Source: Hypanus sabinus
Lineage: Eukaryota
Length of the DNA: 64,000 nt
Assembly: GCF_030144855.1 (NCBI RefSeq)
Contig: NC_082718.1
Span: forward strand, 32,612,001-32,676,000
Direction: 5' to 3'
Part shown: one piece after another, positions 50,613 to 62,679 of the stretch
Numbering within the stretch: position 1 is the first letter of the stretch
How the letters are laid out: each line of letters starts with the position of its first letter
Notes under the pieces: model-generated
Seen by the model: the letters and a program-made list of their open reading frames with translations, nothing else
What the model was told of the DNA's origin: nothing
Database searches by the model: none
Program-made: the position numbers and the translations under genes

Positions 50613-51110
50613 CAGTACTGTGCAAAAGTCTTAGGCACATATATATAGCTAGTGTACCCAAGACTTCTGCACACTACTGTATTTGTCAACGTGGAGTGGG
50701 GAGGGAGTTTGCAAATCTGATGGGAGCAAAGGATGCTGGGAATGGTGAGGGTGCAGCACCTTGGGAGGGGTGTGGGATAGGGGGCAGAGGAGGAGTGCTG
50801 GGATTGAGCGAGTGGGGTGCACAGGTGCAAACACGCCCTGCACTGAGACACCAGGCAAGGTAATTTGATTCCAAACAATTGGTTTATTGATAATTACAGT
50901 TTGTCTCTTTGGTGCTTCCCGCTCCCTCCTCTCTTCCCCAACCATGATTCCCCTCTCCCTGCCCCATTCCCAAGCTCAGTCCACAGTAGAGATCCGTATC
51001 AGAATCAGGTTTATCATCAGTCAGATACATCATGATTTATTTTAGCCATAGCAGTACAGTGCAATACATAAAATTACGATAGTTCCATGCAAAAGTCTTA
51101 GACACCCTAG
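50613..51110 (+). mobile_element. Composite Tc1-type MITE: mini-MITE + cargo + partial second mini-MITE
   Basis: 67-bp palindromic unit at 50613-50679, ~400-bp cargo, then tgcaaaagtcttagacaccctag. Confidence 0.82.
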
Positions 51111-51238
51111 TGAAGAAGGTGTAGGCAGATTAAACTGAAAATCAATTCTCCCTTCCTCCCCCACCCTTCCCCAATTTAAGATTTATATGAATAGATGAAA
51201 AGAAAATACAGTTCTTTTGAAACAAATAAATCACTTAC

Positions 51239-51259
51239 CTCTTGCTGGTCTTCCTCCAT
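51239..51259 (-). CDS. TRABD: TRABD first coding exon (exon probably 51239-51292)
   Basis: ggaATG GAG GAA GAC CAG CAA GAG|GTAAGT = MEEDQQE; upstream acceptor ccaccag| at 51293; in-frame total CDS is 1113 nt. Confidence 0.85.
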
Positions 51260-51532
51260 TCCTAGATCACTCCTCAGTCAGTCAAAAGGAATCTGGTGGG
51301 TCAGGGCAATAAAATTAATTGAAATATCAGCTGAATGCTCTAGAAGGGTGAAATTATAACTTCTCAATTTGATAACTGTGAAATTGCAGGAATTTAAATG
51401 AATTGATAAGTCTTTAAAATATTAAAGTGCATTAACTAATTCAATAGATTCTGAAAATAAGCTTTTCTGTTCTCAAACTTAAGACTCATGCATTAGACGC
51501 AAATTGAATAATGTGAGAATGCATCTGGAAAG

Positions 51533-51556
51533 GTGTGTGTGTGTGTGTGTGTGTGT
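51533..51556. repeat. (GT)n microsatellite
   Basis: Direct observation. Confidence 0.95.
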
Positions 51557-51559
51557 AAG

Positions 51560-52721
51560 TCAGTGAACCCTTGTATTTAATACCTTGCATCAACAGCTCT
51601 CTTCAGGTCATGCCAGTCTGCACTCTGACTTGGCCATTCTAAAGCATAAATGTTCTTCTTTTTAAACCATTCCATTGTTGATTTACTCAGTTATTGTATC
51701 ATTGCCTAGTTGCATCATCCAAATTTTATTAAGTGTCAGGTGACTGTAAAGCAAAGCAGCCTCAAACTGTGATGCTCCTTCCATTATACTCCACAGTTGG
51801 GATGAAGTTTTGGTGTTGATGTGCAGTCCCCTTTTTCCTCCAAACATAGTGGTGCGTACTTCTGCCAAAAGGTTCAATTTTTGTCTCATCTGACCACAGA
51901 ACATTGTCTCGGAAATGTTGTGAAATCTCCAGGTGGTCTCTTGCAAACTTGAGACATGCAGTAATTTTTTTTTTGGGGAGCAGTGGTTTCCTCTACGGTG
52001 TCATTCCATGAAAACCATTCGTTTGGTGCTTTTCTTATAGTCGACACATGAACAGAGATTAACAAGTTCTAGAGATTTCTACAGGTCTTTTGCTGTTACC
52101 CTTGGGTTCTTTTTCACTTCCTTCAGTATTGCACGTTGTGCTGTCGGTGTGATCTTTGCAGGATGCCCACTCCGAGGGAGAGAAGCAACTGTACTGAGTT
52201 TCATCCACTTGTAGACAACTTCTCTTACTGTGGACTGATGAACACTTGGGTCTTTAGAAATGCTTTTGTAGCCTTTTCCAGCTTGACACATCTCTACCAT
52301 TCTTCTAATGTCCTCTGAAAGTTGTTCTGACCAATGTATGGTGCACATAAGCAGATCTTTCTTGAGAAGAGCAAGAAGCACCAGTAACCTGACTTTTGAG
52401 TTTCTTTTTTTAAAAATAGGGCAGGGCACCTCTACACCCTACACCTCCAATCTCATCTCATTGACTGGAACACCTGACTCCAAATACATTTTGTAAATGG
52501 CATTACCCCAGAGGTTTACATACTTTTTTGAACCTAGACTGTGTTTGTTTAAATGGTGTACTCAGTATTAATGAGAAGTTAAATTGTTTGTGTGTTATTA
52601 GTTTGGGCAGATTGTGTTTGTCTATTATTGTAACTTAGATGAAGATCAGACCACATTTTACGAGTAATTAACGAAAAAAACAGGTAATTGCAAAGGAGCC
52701 ACAAGCTCTTACTTGCAACTG
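51560..52721 (-). mobile_element. Tc1 transposon (same family as 26299-27792), one TIR lost
   Basis: ORF 52079-52429 (GKGYKSISKD...LPRSGHPAKIT...KNPRVTAKDL, paired domain); TIR ...cttgcaactg|TA. Confidence 0.88.
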
Positions 52722-52988
52722 TAAATATTGTGTCTAAGACTCTTGCATAGTTCTGTACAATAATAACAGTATGGTTTCTCTGAAATTCTAAAACTTTTAT
52801 AAAAAGTTGTGGAAACATCATTCATTACTATTTGGTCCACAAGAAGTGCATTGTTCTTGTTCCACACTTCTCCGATCTCTGTATTCACTGATCATCTTTC
52901 TATAGATTTTAAACAGCTCCCATCACAGCCTCATGCCTAATGCTTGGCACATAAGGCATGGCAGATAAACAGTACTGATATTATTGTA

Positions 52989-53442
52989 CAGTATGGTGCA
53001 AAAGTCTTAGGCATCCTTCTGTATTTGTCAATGTGCAGAGTGAGTTTGTAAATTAGACGAGAGCAAATGATGGTGGAGAGCCATGGGAGGGGTATTGGGA
53101 AGGTTGCAGGAGTGCCAGGGGCAGGGGTTTGCGCAGGCACAGATGCTCCCAGCCCTAAGACACCAGGCAAGGCCACTTGACTCAAAACAATTGGTTTATT
53201 GATCGTTACAGAATGTCTCCCTGTTACTTCCTGCTTCCCTCCCCTCTTCCTTCCCCTTCTCTGCTCCCTTCCCACTCTCAGTCCACGAGAGACCCGTATC
53301 AGAATCAGATTTATCATTACTTACATGTGTCATGATTTTTTTTGCAGCAGTACAGTTCAATACATAAAATTACTACAGTACTGTGCAAAAGTCTTAGGCA
53401 TCCTAGTTATATACATGTACTTAAAACTTTTGCACAGTACTA
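52989..53442 (+). mobile_element. Composite Tc1-type MITE
   Basis: TA|cagtatggtgcaaaagtcttaggca...cargo...cagtactgtgcaaaagtcttaggcatcctag...cttttgcacagtacta|TA. Confidence 0.82.
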
Positions 53443-54142
53443 TATGATTATTCTTAATAATCCTTCATTGGACTGGGTTACTAGGCTATTTGACAGTTAA
53501 CTCCAATCTGATAATAACCACAAAATTACCACCAAGGACTATCTTAATCCCTGATTATTTGCCCAGTTTAAATCCAACAGCTGTCATCATGGGATCTGAA
53601 CTCAGGTCAGTGGTTAGTGCATCATTATTAACTTAAACCACTGCACTATATGTTACAGTCAATGACACAAATAATTCAACGTAAGAATTCTGTACATAGG
53701 AGCATAAATATTAGATTTTAAATGATTCAGAAGCATAAATTTATTTCAAAGAAATGGGATTACCATTAAGTAGCTTATCATCAGGCCTCCATAACTAAGA
53801 ATTTAAAATACTTCAGGCAATACAAATTTTAGGAATAACCAGAGCTTCGGAAAGATAAATTCTGATGAATTATTGGCAATTAACAAGAATTATTTCAGCA
53901 ACAATGATCAACACCATGAACTGGTTGAAGGTTAAAGAAAAGCATTAAGCTCTGATGGAAAGAGTTGAAAATCTAAAGAAAGAAATTATCTGATGCATGA
54001 CGTTCTGTGAATAGAGATCAGAAAAGCATGGAACAAGAACAATACGCTTTTCATGGATCAGTTAAGCGATGAATGATTTTTTCCCCACAAATTTAGAGTT
54101 TGTATTTTAGAATGTCAGATAAGCTGTCCTGCTATTACTGTA

Positions 54143-54714
54143 CAGAACTGTGCAAAGGTCTGAAGCTAGGGTGCATCAGCCTTTCACACAGTACTCTATT
54201 TGTCAATGTGGAACAGAGAACGAGTTTGTAAATCCGGTGGGAGCAAAGGATGTTGAGAATGGCGAGGGTGGAGTGCCACGGGAGGGGTGTGGGACAGGTG
54301 GCAGAGAGGGACTGCCAGGGGGCAGGGAATGGAGTGGGTGCAGAAACACCCACTGAGACACCAGGCAAGGTCATTTGATCCCAAACAATTGGCTTATTGA
54401 TCATTACAGAATGTCCCTCTGGTGCTTCTCATCCCTCCCCTCTTCCTTCCCCTTTTCCCAGCCATGAATCCCCTCTCCCTGCCCCCTTCCCACTCTCAGT
54501 CCACAAAACAGACCCATATCAGAATCAGGTTTATCATCACTCACGTCATGAAATTTGTTTTTTTTTGCGGCAGTACAGTGCAATGTATAAAATTACTACA
54601 ACACTGTGCAAAAGTCTTAGGCACCCTAGCGTGCTCTCTCTCTCTCTCTCTCTCTATAATATATACATACACACACACACACACCCCCTTACCTAAGACT
54701 TCTGCACAGAATTG
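54143..54714 (+). mobile_element. Composite Tc1-type MITE with a microsatellite-expanded right unit
   Basis: TA flanks; same cargo; (CT)n(TA)n(CA)n inside the right mini-MITE. Confidence 0.82.
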
Positions 54715-55182
54715 TACTTTGAAAAAAAAAATTTGGTCAGATATTATTTGAATAGAAAGTATCTAAATAAGATGGGAGGAGCAAAAGGCACTAATTACTA
54801 ATAGTAGTAAAACAGATTATTTAAAATGTTAAAGGAAACTATTCATTTTGAATGAATAAAAATAAAACAGGGTTAATACCAGAACCAGAGGGTTATATCA
54901 AATCAGAAAGAGTTTCAGTTGTCCTGAGAATGGAAGGTTGGTGAGCGACCTAAAGAGATCTTTAAGATTGATACAGGAGGAGTGTTCCATTCACTGAGGA
55001 TGAAAAAAATATAAAAGGTCATCAGTTCAAGACAGTTACAAAGTTATGGCATATTTGGAAGAAATTTGTTCGCAGAGTATTCTTCTACATTTGCAATATC
55101 TTTGTGAATGTTTAGAGCACTGGGAATTGTTTTATGGGGGTGTGTTAGGAAGGAATAGAGAGAGGCTTTTAGAATTTAGTAT

Positions 55183-55865
55183 TTATTTATATCTTACATC
55201 CATCCCACAATGTGGAGAGTAAAATTTTTTGCAATGCATAGACATGCGAATTTTAAAGTCTAATGGTTTGTAGAAAGAAGCTGTCCCGTAGCCTGTTGGT
55301 TTTGGCTTTAGTGCTGTGGTAGCGTTTGCCAGATGGAAGCAGCTGAAACAGTTTATGGTTGGAGTGACTGGTGTCCTCAATGATCTTCTAGGCCTTCTTT
55401 CTGCACCTCCTGCTACAACCGTCCTCAGTGGTGGGAAGTTCACATCCATGGATGCGCTGGGCTGTCCGTACCACTCTCTGCAGTGCCCAGCAATCAAGGT
55501 TGGTGCAATTCCCATACCAAGCGGTGATACAGCCACACAGTATGCTCTCACTGGTATACGGTCTTGAGGATTTGGGGGCCCATGCCAAACTTCTTCACTC
55601 ACCTGAGGTGAAAGAGACACTGTTGTGCTTTCTTTTGCCACCAAGCCAATGTGTACAATCCAGGTGAGATCATTGGTGATGTGTATACTGAGGAACTTAA
55701 AAATACTAACCCTCTCAACTGCAGACCCATTGATGTTGATTGGGCCAAACCTGTCTCCATTCCTCCTGTAATCCACAATCAGCTCTTTTGTTTTTTTAGA
55801 CATTGAAGGAGAGGTTGTTATCCTGGCACCACTGTCAGGCTGTCAAGCTCTCCTCTGTAGGCTAT
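55183..55865 (-). mobile_element. Rex1/Babar LINE 3' part
   Basis: SKKTKELIVDYRR...FKFLSIHITNDLTW. Confidence 0.82.
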
Positions 55866-56679
55866 TTCATGAAGAAGATGAAGAAGATTGTGGGAGGTTG
55901 AAATGCAGAATAAACATAATCAGAATTAAACACAAATCTGTTTCAATATTGGTAAGGATAATGAGTGAATATAGAAACGTTGTCCAGAGGTCGATATAAA
56001 TATAGAAAATACTGTGGAATGGTGCAGTCCCTGATGAGTTGAGATATAGAATGGATATCCTGTTCATAGCTTGTAAAGAATGAAAACTTTGCTTTAAATT
56101 GCATAGCATGCTGAGGGTTTGAGAGAACAATGAGTAAGACAGATGGGAGGGAAGGGAGTCCAAATAATATCAATCAGTATTACTGCTGTCTAAAAGTAAC
56201 TTGAGGATTGGACCTGTTTTTAGAGGACTCTACATCTCATGTGCTTCTGGTTTCTCTTTTTAAAAAATGTTATCTTACGTGATTTTGATTGAGTCGCTTC
56301 AACACAGACTGGTTCTGTGGCCTGCAGTCAATGAATAGTGTTAAACTGAGCTGAACTGAACATTCCTAGACTGTTTCAAGGGCTCTGGGTTTGATGTTTA
56401 ATATGCCATTTAGGCAATCTGTTTTCATTTGCATGTTCTGTTTTTGAAGGGGTTCTGTGGTGTTGCTTTGTTTTGTGGCTGCCTGCGGGAAGACGAATCT
56501 CAGGGTTGCATACCGCACATACTTTCATATTAAAAGTACTCTGAATCTTTGAAATGCCTGTTAATCATGGCCAGCCTGCCTGGAGATGTGAATGAAGAAA
56601 GATGAATGAGGCCAGAAGAGAAAGTGGAACAAACAACACAAACAGACAGGTCTGATGCAAGTTCAGACATCTGTGGAAA

Positions 56680-57530
56680 TGATTCAAAGGTAGTGACGGC
56701 ATATAGGAAGGAGATTGAAAATCTGATTATTGACTTCAGGAAGAGAAAACCAGAGGTCCATGAGTCAGTTCTCATCAGGATATCAGAGGTGAAGAGGGTC
56801 AGCATTTTTATATTCCTTGGTGTTAACATTTCAGAGGATCTGATGCAAGTGCCATTATGGAGAAAGCAAGGCAGCAGCTCTACCTTCTTAGTTTGCGAAG
56901 ATTCTGCATGTCATCTAAAATGATGAGAAACTTCTATACGGCTGTGGTGGAGAGTATATTGACTAGTTGCAATACAGCCTGGTATGGAAACACAATTGCC
57001 CTTAAACAGAAAATCCTACAAAAAGAAGTGGATACAGCCTAGTCCGTCATGGGTAAAGCCCTCCCTACCATTGAGCATATCTTCACAGAGCGCTGTCGCT
57101 GGGCCATCCAGGCTATACTCTCTTCTCACTGCTGGTATCAGGAAGATGGTACAGGAGCCTCAGAACCCACACCACCATATTCAGGAATGGTGATTATCCT
57201 TCAACCATCAGGCTCTTGAACCAGAAGAGTAACTTTACTCACCTCAACACTGAACTGTTCCAACAACTCATGGACTCACTTTCAAGGACTCTTCATCTCA
57301 TGTTCTTAATATTTATTGCTTATTTAATTATTTCTTTATTGTTTCCTCATTTCTTAATGCACTTGCACAGTTTGTCATCTTTTGCACTCTGGTTAGTGTC
57401 CATCCTGCTGGGTGTGTTTTCTCATTGATTCTATTGTGTTTCTTGGATTTATTGTGAATCCCCATTAGAAAATGAATCTCAGGGTTGGACATGGTGACAT
57501 ACATGTACTTGGAAATTAACTTTGAACCTC
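56680..57530 (+). mobile_element. Rex1/Babar LINE 3' part
   Basis: LIIDFRKRK...FLGVNISEDL; KARQQLYLLSLRRF...VVESILT. Confidence 0.78.
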
Positions 57531-57624
57531 AATTCTCTCTATTTATACACCTTCCAGAGAAATCAAATCACACTGAATTCTCTGAAAGGTGTATAAATAG
57601 AGAATTAAAGTTCAAAGTTAATTT
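57513..57624. repeat. Near-perfect ~51-bp inverted repeat (foldback hairpin)
   Basis: Left arm aaattaactttgaac...atttatacaccttccagagaaatca is the reverse complement of the right arm, with an ~8-nt loop. Confidence 0.85.
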
Positions 57625-58832
57625 ATTAGCAAAGTCACTCTCCTCTCCAAGAAAATGCCAATAGCATTTGTGCCAACTTTCACCATTTCACCCTTTCTCA
57701 GCCAGTTCTTTTAATCTCTCCATTTGTGCATAAGTACACAAAATAGCTTGTACATATAGATTGAATGTATGTCCATAAAGTAATGCTAGGCACAGGAGTA
57801 TTTGGACACAAGGTGACTGACTGGAAAAGATAAAGTAATGGTCCATAGTCCAGCTCTCTTCAGCCTCCTCAGAAAGCAGAGGAATTGGGGAGCTTTCCTG
57901 ATTGTGCAGAAGGTGTTTTAGGACCATGAGGGGCTATGCAAGATGTGCACTCCCAGGAATTTGAAAGTGCTTGCAGTTTCCACTGCTGTACAGAGGAGTT
58001 TGAGTGGTACGTGTTCTCTTGAAGTCGATAACTATTGACTTGTTGACAATGAGGAAGAGGTTATTTGCCTGGCACTTCCACTCCCTCTCTGTAGGCTGTC
58101 CAATTCATTAATAGTGATGAGGCTCACCACCACTGTTGTGTTATTGGTGAACCTGGCAATCTGATTACCTGGGTGTTAAATAAGTTAATGGAATTTCCAC
58201 TGCACTTCATTGAAGTAATGCCAGTTAACATGTGGCAGATCCAAGAAATTCCAATACTGTTATGATGCTTATCGGAACTTTACTGAAAAGTAAATCACAG
58301 GCAAACTCCTGGTTGAGAACTGTGGCTGAGGGCATTAGAACAGGTTTGTGGTTTGGTTGCTTTAAAGATTTATCAAAGCAATGAATTACTAGGTGCTGTG
58401 GTGGACTCCAAATACAGATTAAAAGTTCTGACAATGAAAACCTAAAATTTAGCAAATACATTATTCATGATTTCTTAATAACAAACACAGAGGAACAAAT
58501 CAACTTTCCACAATCATGTGCTATTAACTGAAACAAGTTTGTTTTTAAATATTTATCTGTTCACTGTGAATGCCTGACGGGAACTCAAGTGCTCTGATGC
58601 AGAGAAGGACACACTTTGAGTCCCTGCAGGATTCAATGACGTGGAGCTTTTAACACGTTTTGTTAAACCCCAGCTGATGGCAAAAGATGCCGTTATATTT
58701 CAGTAATGCAAATTCAGCTCAAATACTTTATGAATGAATTTATATTACATGGTTTCTGAATGAATATAGTTTTGTACATTTTAAGCCATTAATTTCATGC
58801 ACAATGATACTGCACAGAAGGTGAATACTTAC

Positions 58833-58939
58833 TGCACCTATCACACACAGGATTCTCCACGTGCTGAGTAGATGCCACAGAAATTAACGAGTACTGATAC
58901 TGGCAGATGTGCTGAAGCCTCATCACCATCGATATTACT
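58833..58939 (-). other. Candidate TRABD 5'-UTR exon
   Basis: Acceptor tttattattttgtag| and donor GCA|GTAAGT around 107 nt of non-repetitive sequence on the TRABD strand. Confidence 0.45.
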
Positions 58940-59451
58940 CTACAAAATAATAAAGTTCAATACAAGTTATGGAGCAATCTCAACTGGGATTTTATTATCA
59001 ACCAGAGCTTTGTAACATAATGCTTGAGATACTCTCAATTTAACATGCACGTTAAATCAATGCCAAGGTAGTGTAGTTGTTAGGGTGACGATCCTTTGCT
59101 CACCCTTTTTTTTGGCTATTTTTGGGCAGCTTTGAATTGGGGCGGCCTGCAGATAATGAACACTGTGCTGAACTGTTATGAACTTTCTGATTTTGTGTTT
59201 TATATTCTGTTTTTTTCCCCTCTCATTCTTTCTTGTTGCTGTTTGCATAATTTGTTTTTATTGCGCGAGGGGGTTGATGTTCTGTTTGTCGTTTGTGTGA
59301 TTTTTTTTTGCATGCAGATGAGGTTTGGTGTTTTTCTTTGAAAAGGTTCCATGGTTTTCTTTGTTTCGTGGCTGTCTGCGGAGAAGACAAATCTCGGGGT
59401 TGTAAACAATATACATACTTTGATAATAAATCTACCTTGAGTCTAAATATT

Positions 59452-59687
59452 ATGGCTCGGGGTGTCAGATTTCGGAGTTCAATTCTGGCTTCCTCTATAA
59501 GGAGTCTCTGTACACCCACCCTGTGAAAGGGGTTTCCCGTGTGCTCTTAGCCGTACCGGGTAGGTTAATAAGTCATTATAAATCATCCAGTGATTAGGTA
59601 AGGGTAAATCAAGTTTGCCAGGGGTTGCTGAGGTGATGCAGCTCAAAGGGCTGGAAGGGCTGACTCTGTGCTGTATTGCTAAATAAA
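59452..59687 (+). mobile_element. V-SINE (HE1-like)
   Basis: Similar to the other copies. Confidence 0.6.
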
Positions 59688-60049
59688 TGCTAAACCACAT
59701 CTTCTTAAGAATAACACGGCGTCTTTCTTATTTTCTATCCAAAAAAATGTGGGTAACAAACACCTTCATGATAAAGGGAAGTTAATTTGGAACAAAATGA
59801 TGGACTACTACTTTTAATGCCCTAAAGTATCTGTCGTCCATTTAATATTTAAGTAGTATTTGAATGAGTGTTTATGTATATATATGTGTATATATACGAT
59901 TAAGCATTCTTGTTCATTTACACAATTCATTACAGGTTACACGTATAAAGACATGAATTACATCATCACGCTACCATACGATACATGCTCGCCTCAGAGT
60001 ACTAGTGTGCGCCGCTCAACGTCCATTCGGACAACGTCCGATCACATAT

Positions 60050-60311
60050 ACGTCTGTAGTCCCAATCGGAGAACATGACATAGCAGACATAACCAATCTC
60101 GTGTATCGCATGTCTCGAGTGTAGTAGCGTTATCTGTTTAATTTTCTTTCAAAAACATTGCCGTAAAGTGCATCATGGCTTCCAAACACAGCAAAACCAC
60201 TCCTAGAGATAGCAGCAGCAAGAGGCAAAGTATATGATATGGTGTCTGTACAATGTCCAAATCACATAACGCCTGATTTCACAATCGTGGACGTTAAGCA
60301 ACACATACCTG
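60050..60311 (+). mobile_element. Tigger-like fragment
   Basis: MASKHSKTT-like start; terminus ggacgttaagcaacacatacctg|TA. Confidence 0.5.
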
Positions 60312-60379
60312 TAAACATGAGTTTAGACCCACATTCCTGGATTCCTGTGTCTTCCTTTGAATTAGTCTAATGTCTCAAA

Positions 60380-60662
60380 GTTAATTTATTTACTTATTGA
60401 GATACAACATGGAATGGGCCCTTCCAGCCCTTTGAGCCGAGCCGCCCAGCAATCCCCCCCAATTTAATTCTGCCCTAATCACTGGACAATTTACAATGAT
60501 CAGTCACCTACCAGCCAGCAAGTCTTTGACTGTAGGAGGAAACCCGAGCACCTGGTGGAACCCCAAGCAGTCACAGGGAGCACATACAAATTCTTTACAA
60601 GCAGCGGCGGGATCTGAACTTGGTACTATAAAGTGTTGTGCTAACCACTATACTACTGTGTC
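60380..60662 (-). mobile_element. V-SINE (HE1-like)
   Basis: Reverse V-domain. Confidence 0.72.
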
Positions 60663-61594
60663 ACAAAACATAACTATCTAAATATTACAGGTAAACCTAG
60701 CCAGTTATATTCCATTACTGCAAGCTGACATATACCAACATATTCCACAACATAATGCTGGTGATATTACATCTCATTCTGAGGTATTTAGTTTGATGTA
60801 TTTTAATGATCCAAGGCATAGTGTGTCTAGGACAATGGAAAAACTTTTTGAACAATATCAGAGCAAGCCCAAAATGTGACATTCTTCCAAGATTACAGAT
60901 TCTTGTAGTATCTTAATAATACCAACCTAAAATATTAAAAGGATTCTTATTCACAAAACTGTTAGTTTCACTTTGAACAGAAACTTACAATTTTGAAAGT
61001 CTACTTTGAACAGAACTGGAAAAGGTACTTAACTTGAAACACTAACTATTCATCACTCAGTTGTGACCATCCACTAATCTCATTCGATTTGCATAAAAGA
61101 GCTACAGCACTTTTTAAGAGCAGCAAACAAAATATATATCCCATTTCAAGCACTCAATGATCTAAGTGAGCATACAGTTAAAAACCCAAAGGAAGCATAC
61201 TATCAAATGCAAATATAATAGGTGGTGAGACCAGGATTTTCATCACTGATTGAAAATTAGAGGAGATCTATGTTCTGTGGTTAATAAGTAAATTTCTTTA
61301 TTTGAACTCAGCAAGCTCATGACCATTATGGGAAGGGGGGGGGGGGAAGGGAAGAGAGGGGGGGAAGAACAATCAAGAAAACCACCAAAATATTTTCTCA
61401 AATCATTTTGGCATTGGCATCCTAGCTTCTTTCAAATTCCATGTTCACATACACTGAGAAAGGAAAGTTAAAGTGATAGGCAACTGGAAGTTCGGGTTCA
61501 TCCTTGTGGATTGGACAGTGTTCTGTAAAATGTTCACCAATTCAGAGTTTGGTTTATCCATTGTGTGACAACTTTGCAGATAATGCTCTAGTCT

Positions 61595-62195
61595 AAGTTC
61601 AGTGTAAACTTATTATGTCATCATAAACAGCCCTGAGATTCATTTACTTGTTTACTTCTATTTTGCACTGTTTTGTAACAAACAAAATAAACAACCAACC
61701 AACCATGAGAGACTCAATGAAAGACTACACCTACTTGGGCGTTCAACCAGTGCATAAAAGACAACAAACCACGCAAATACAAAAAGAAAGACTTAATAAC
61801 AATAAATACCAAGAACATAAAGAGTTCTTGAAAGTGAGTCTAGTCTATAGGTTGTGGAAACATTTCAACAATGGAGCCAGTGAAGTTATCCCCTCCAGTT
61901 CAAGAGCCTGATGGTTGAGGGGTAATAACTCTTCCTGAACCTCTTGGTGAGAGTCCTGAGGCTGCTGTACCTTCTCTCCAATGGCAGCTGTGAGGATGTC
62001 CTGTGTGGTGGGGTCCCTGATGATGGACGCTGCTTTTTTGTGACAACACTGTGTAGATGTGCTCAATGGGGGAAGGAGACTTTACCCATAATGGTCTGGG
62101 CTGAATCCACTGTTCAAGGGTATTGATATTTCCACATCAGGCCTTGACACTCACCACTACACACACCTTGTCAAAATTTTAGATGTCATACCAAA
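61595..62195 (-). mobile_element. Rex1-type LINE 3' end
   Basis: CHKKAASIIRDP peptide plus the family tail. Confidence 0.65.
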
Positions 62196-62679
62196 TCTAT
62201 TATAGAGTCTATAATGGTGAGTCCTGAGTTTAAAGTTGCCTGTCATTTTATTTCTCCTTCACGCTTTAACTCTGATAATCTGCCTTTGGTTTCTTTCACA
62301 GTTGCAATGAATGCAAGCTTGAGGAACAGCTCTCAACGTCAAATTTACCATGACACAGCTCTCAAAACTCAACATCAAATTTTAAATAACCAACCTTCCT
62401 TATGAAAAATCATCTGCATGGAGCACTAGTATTGGTTTATTCCCGTCACATGTAGAGTGAACGAGAGAGTGTTTTGCATGCCACCCATACCGATCATTCC
62501 GTATACAAGTACGCAGAGATAGCACAAAGGAAAATCAATAACAGAATGCCAAATACAGTAACAGAGAAACTGCAGTGTAGGTGACAATAGGTGCAAGGAC
62601 CATGACGAGCTAAAATGTGAGGTCAAGAGTTAACTGCATTCTGCTATGGAATTTCCTCTTCATCATCTCAGAGCACATG

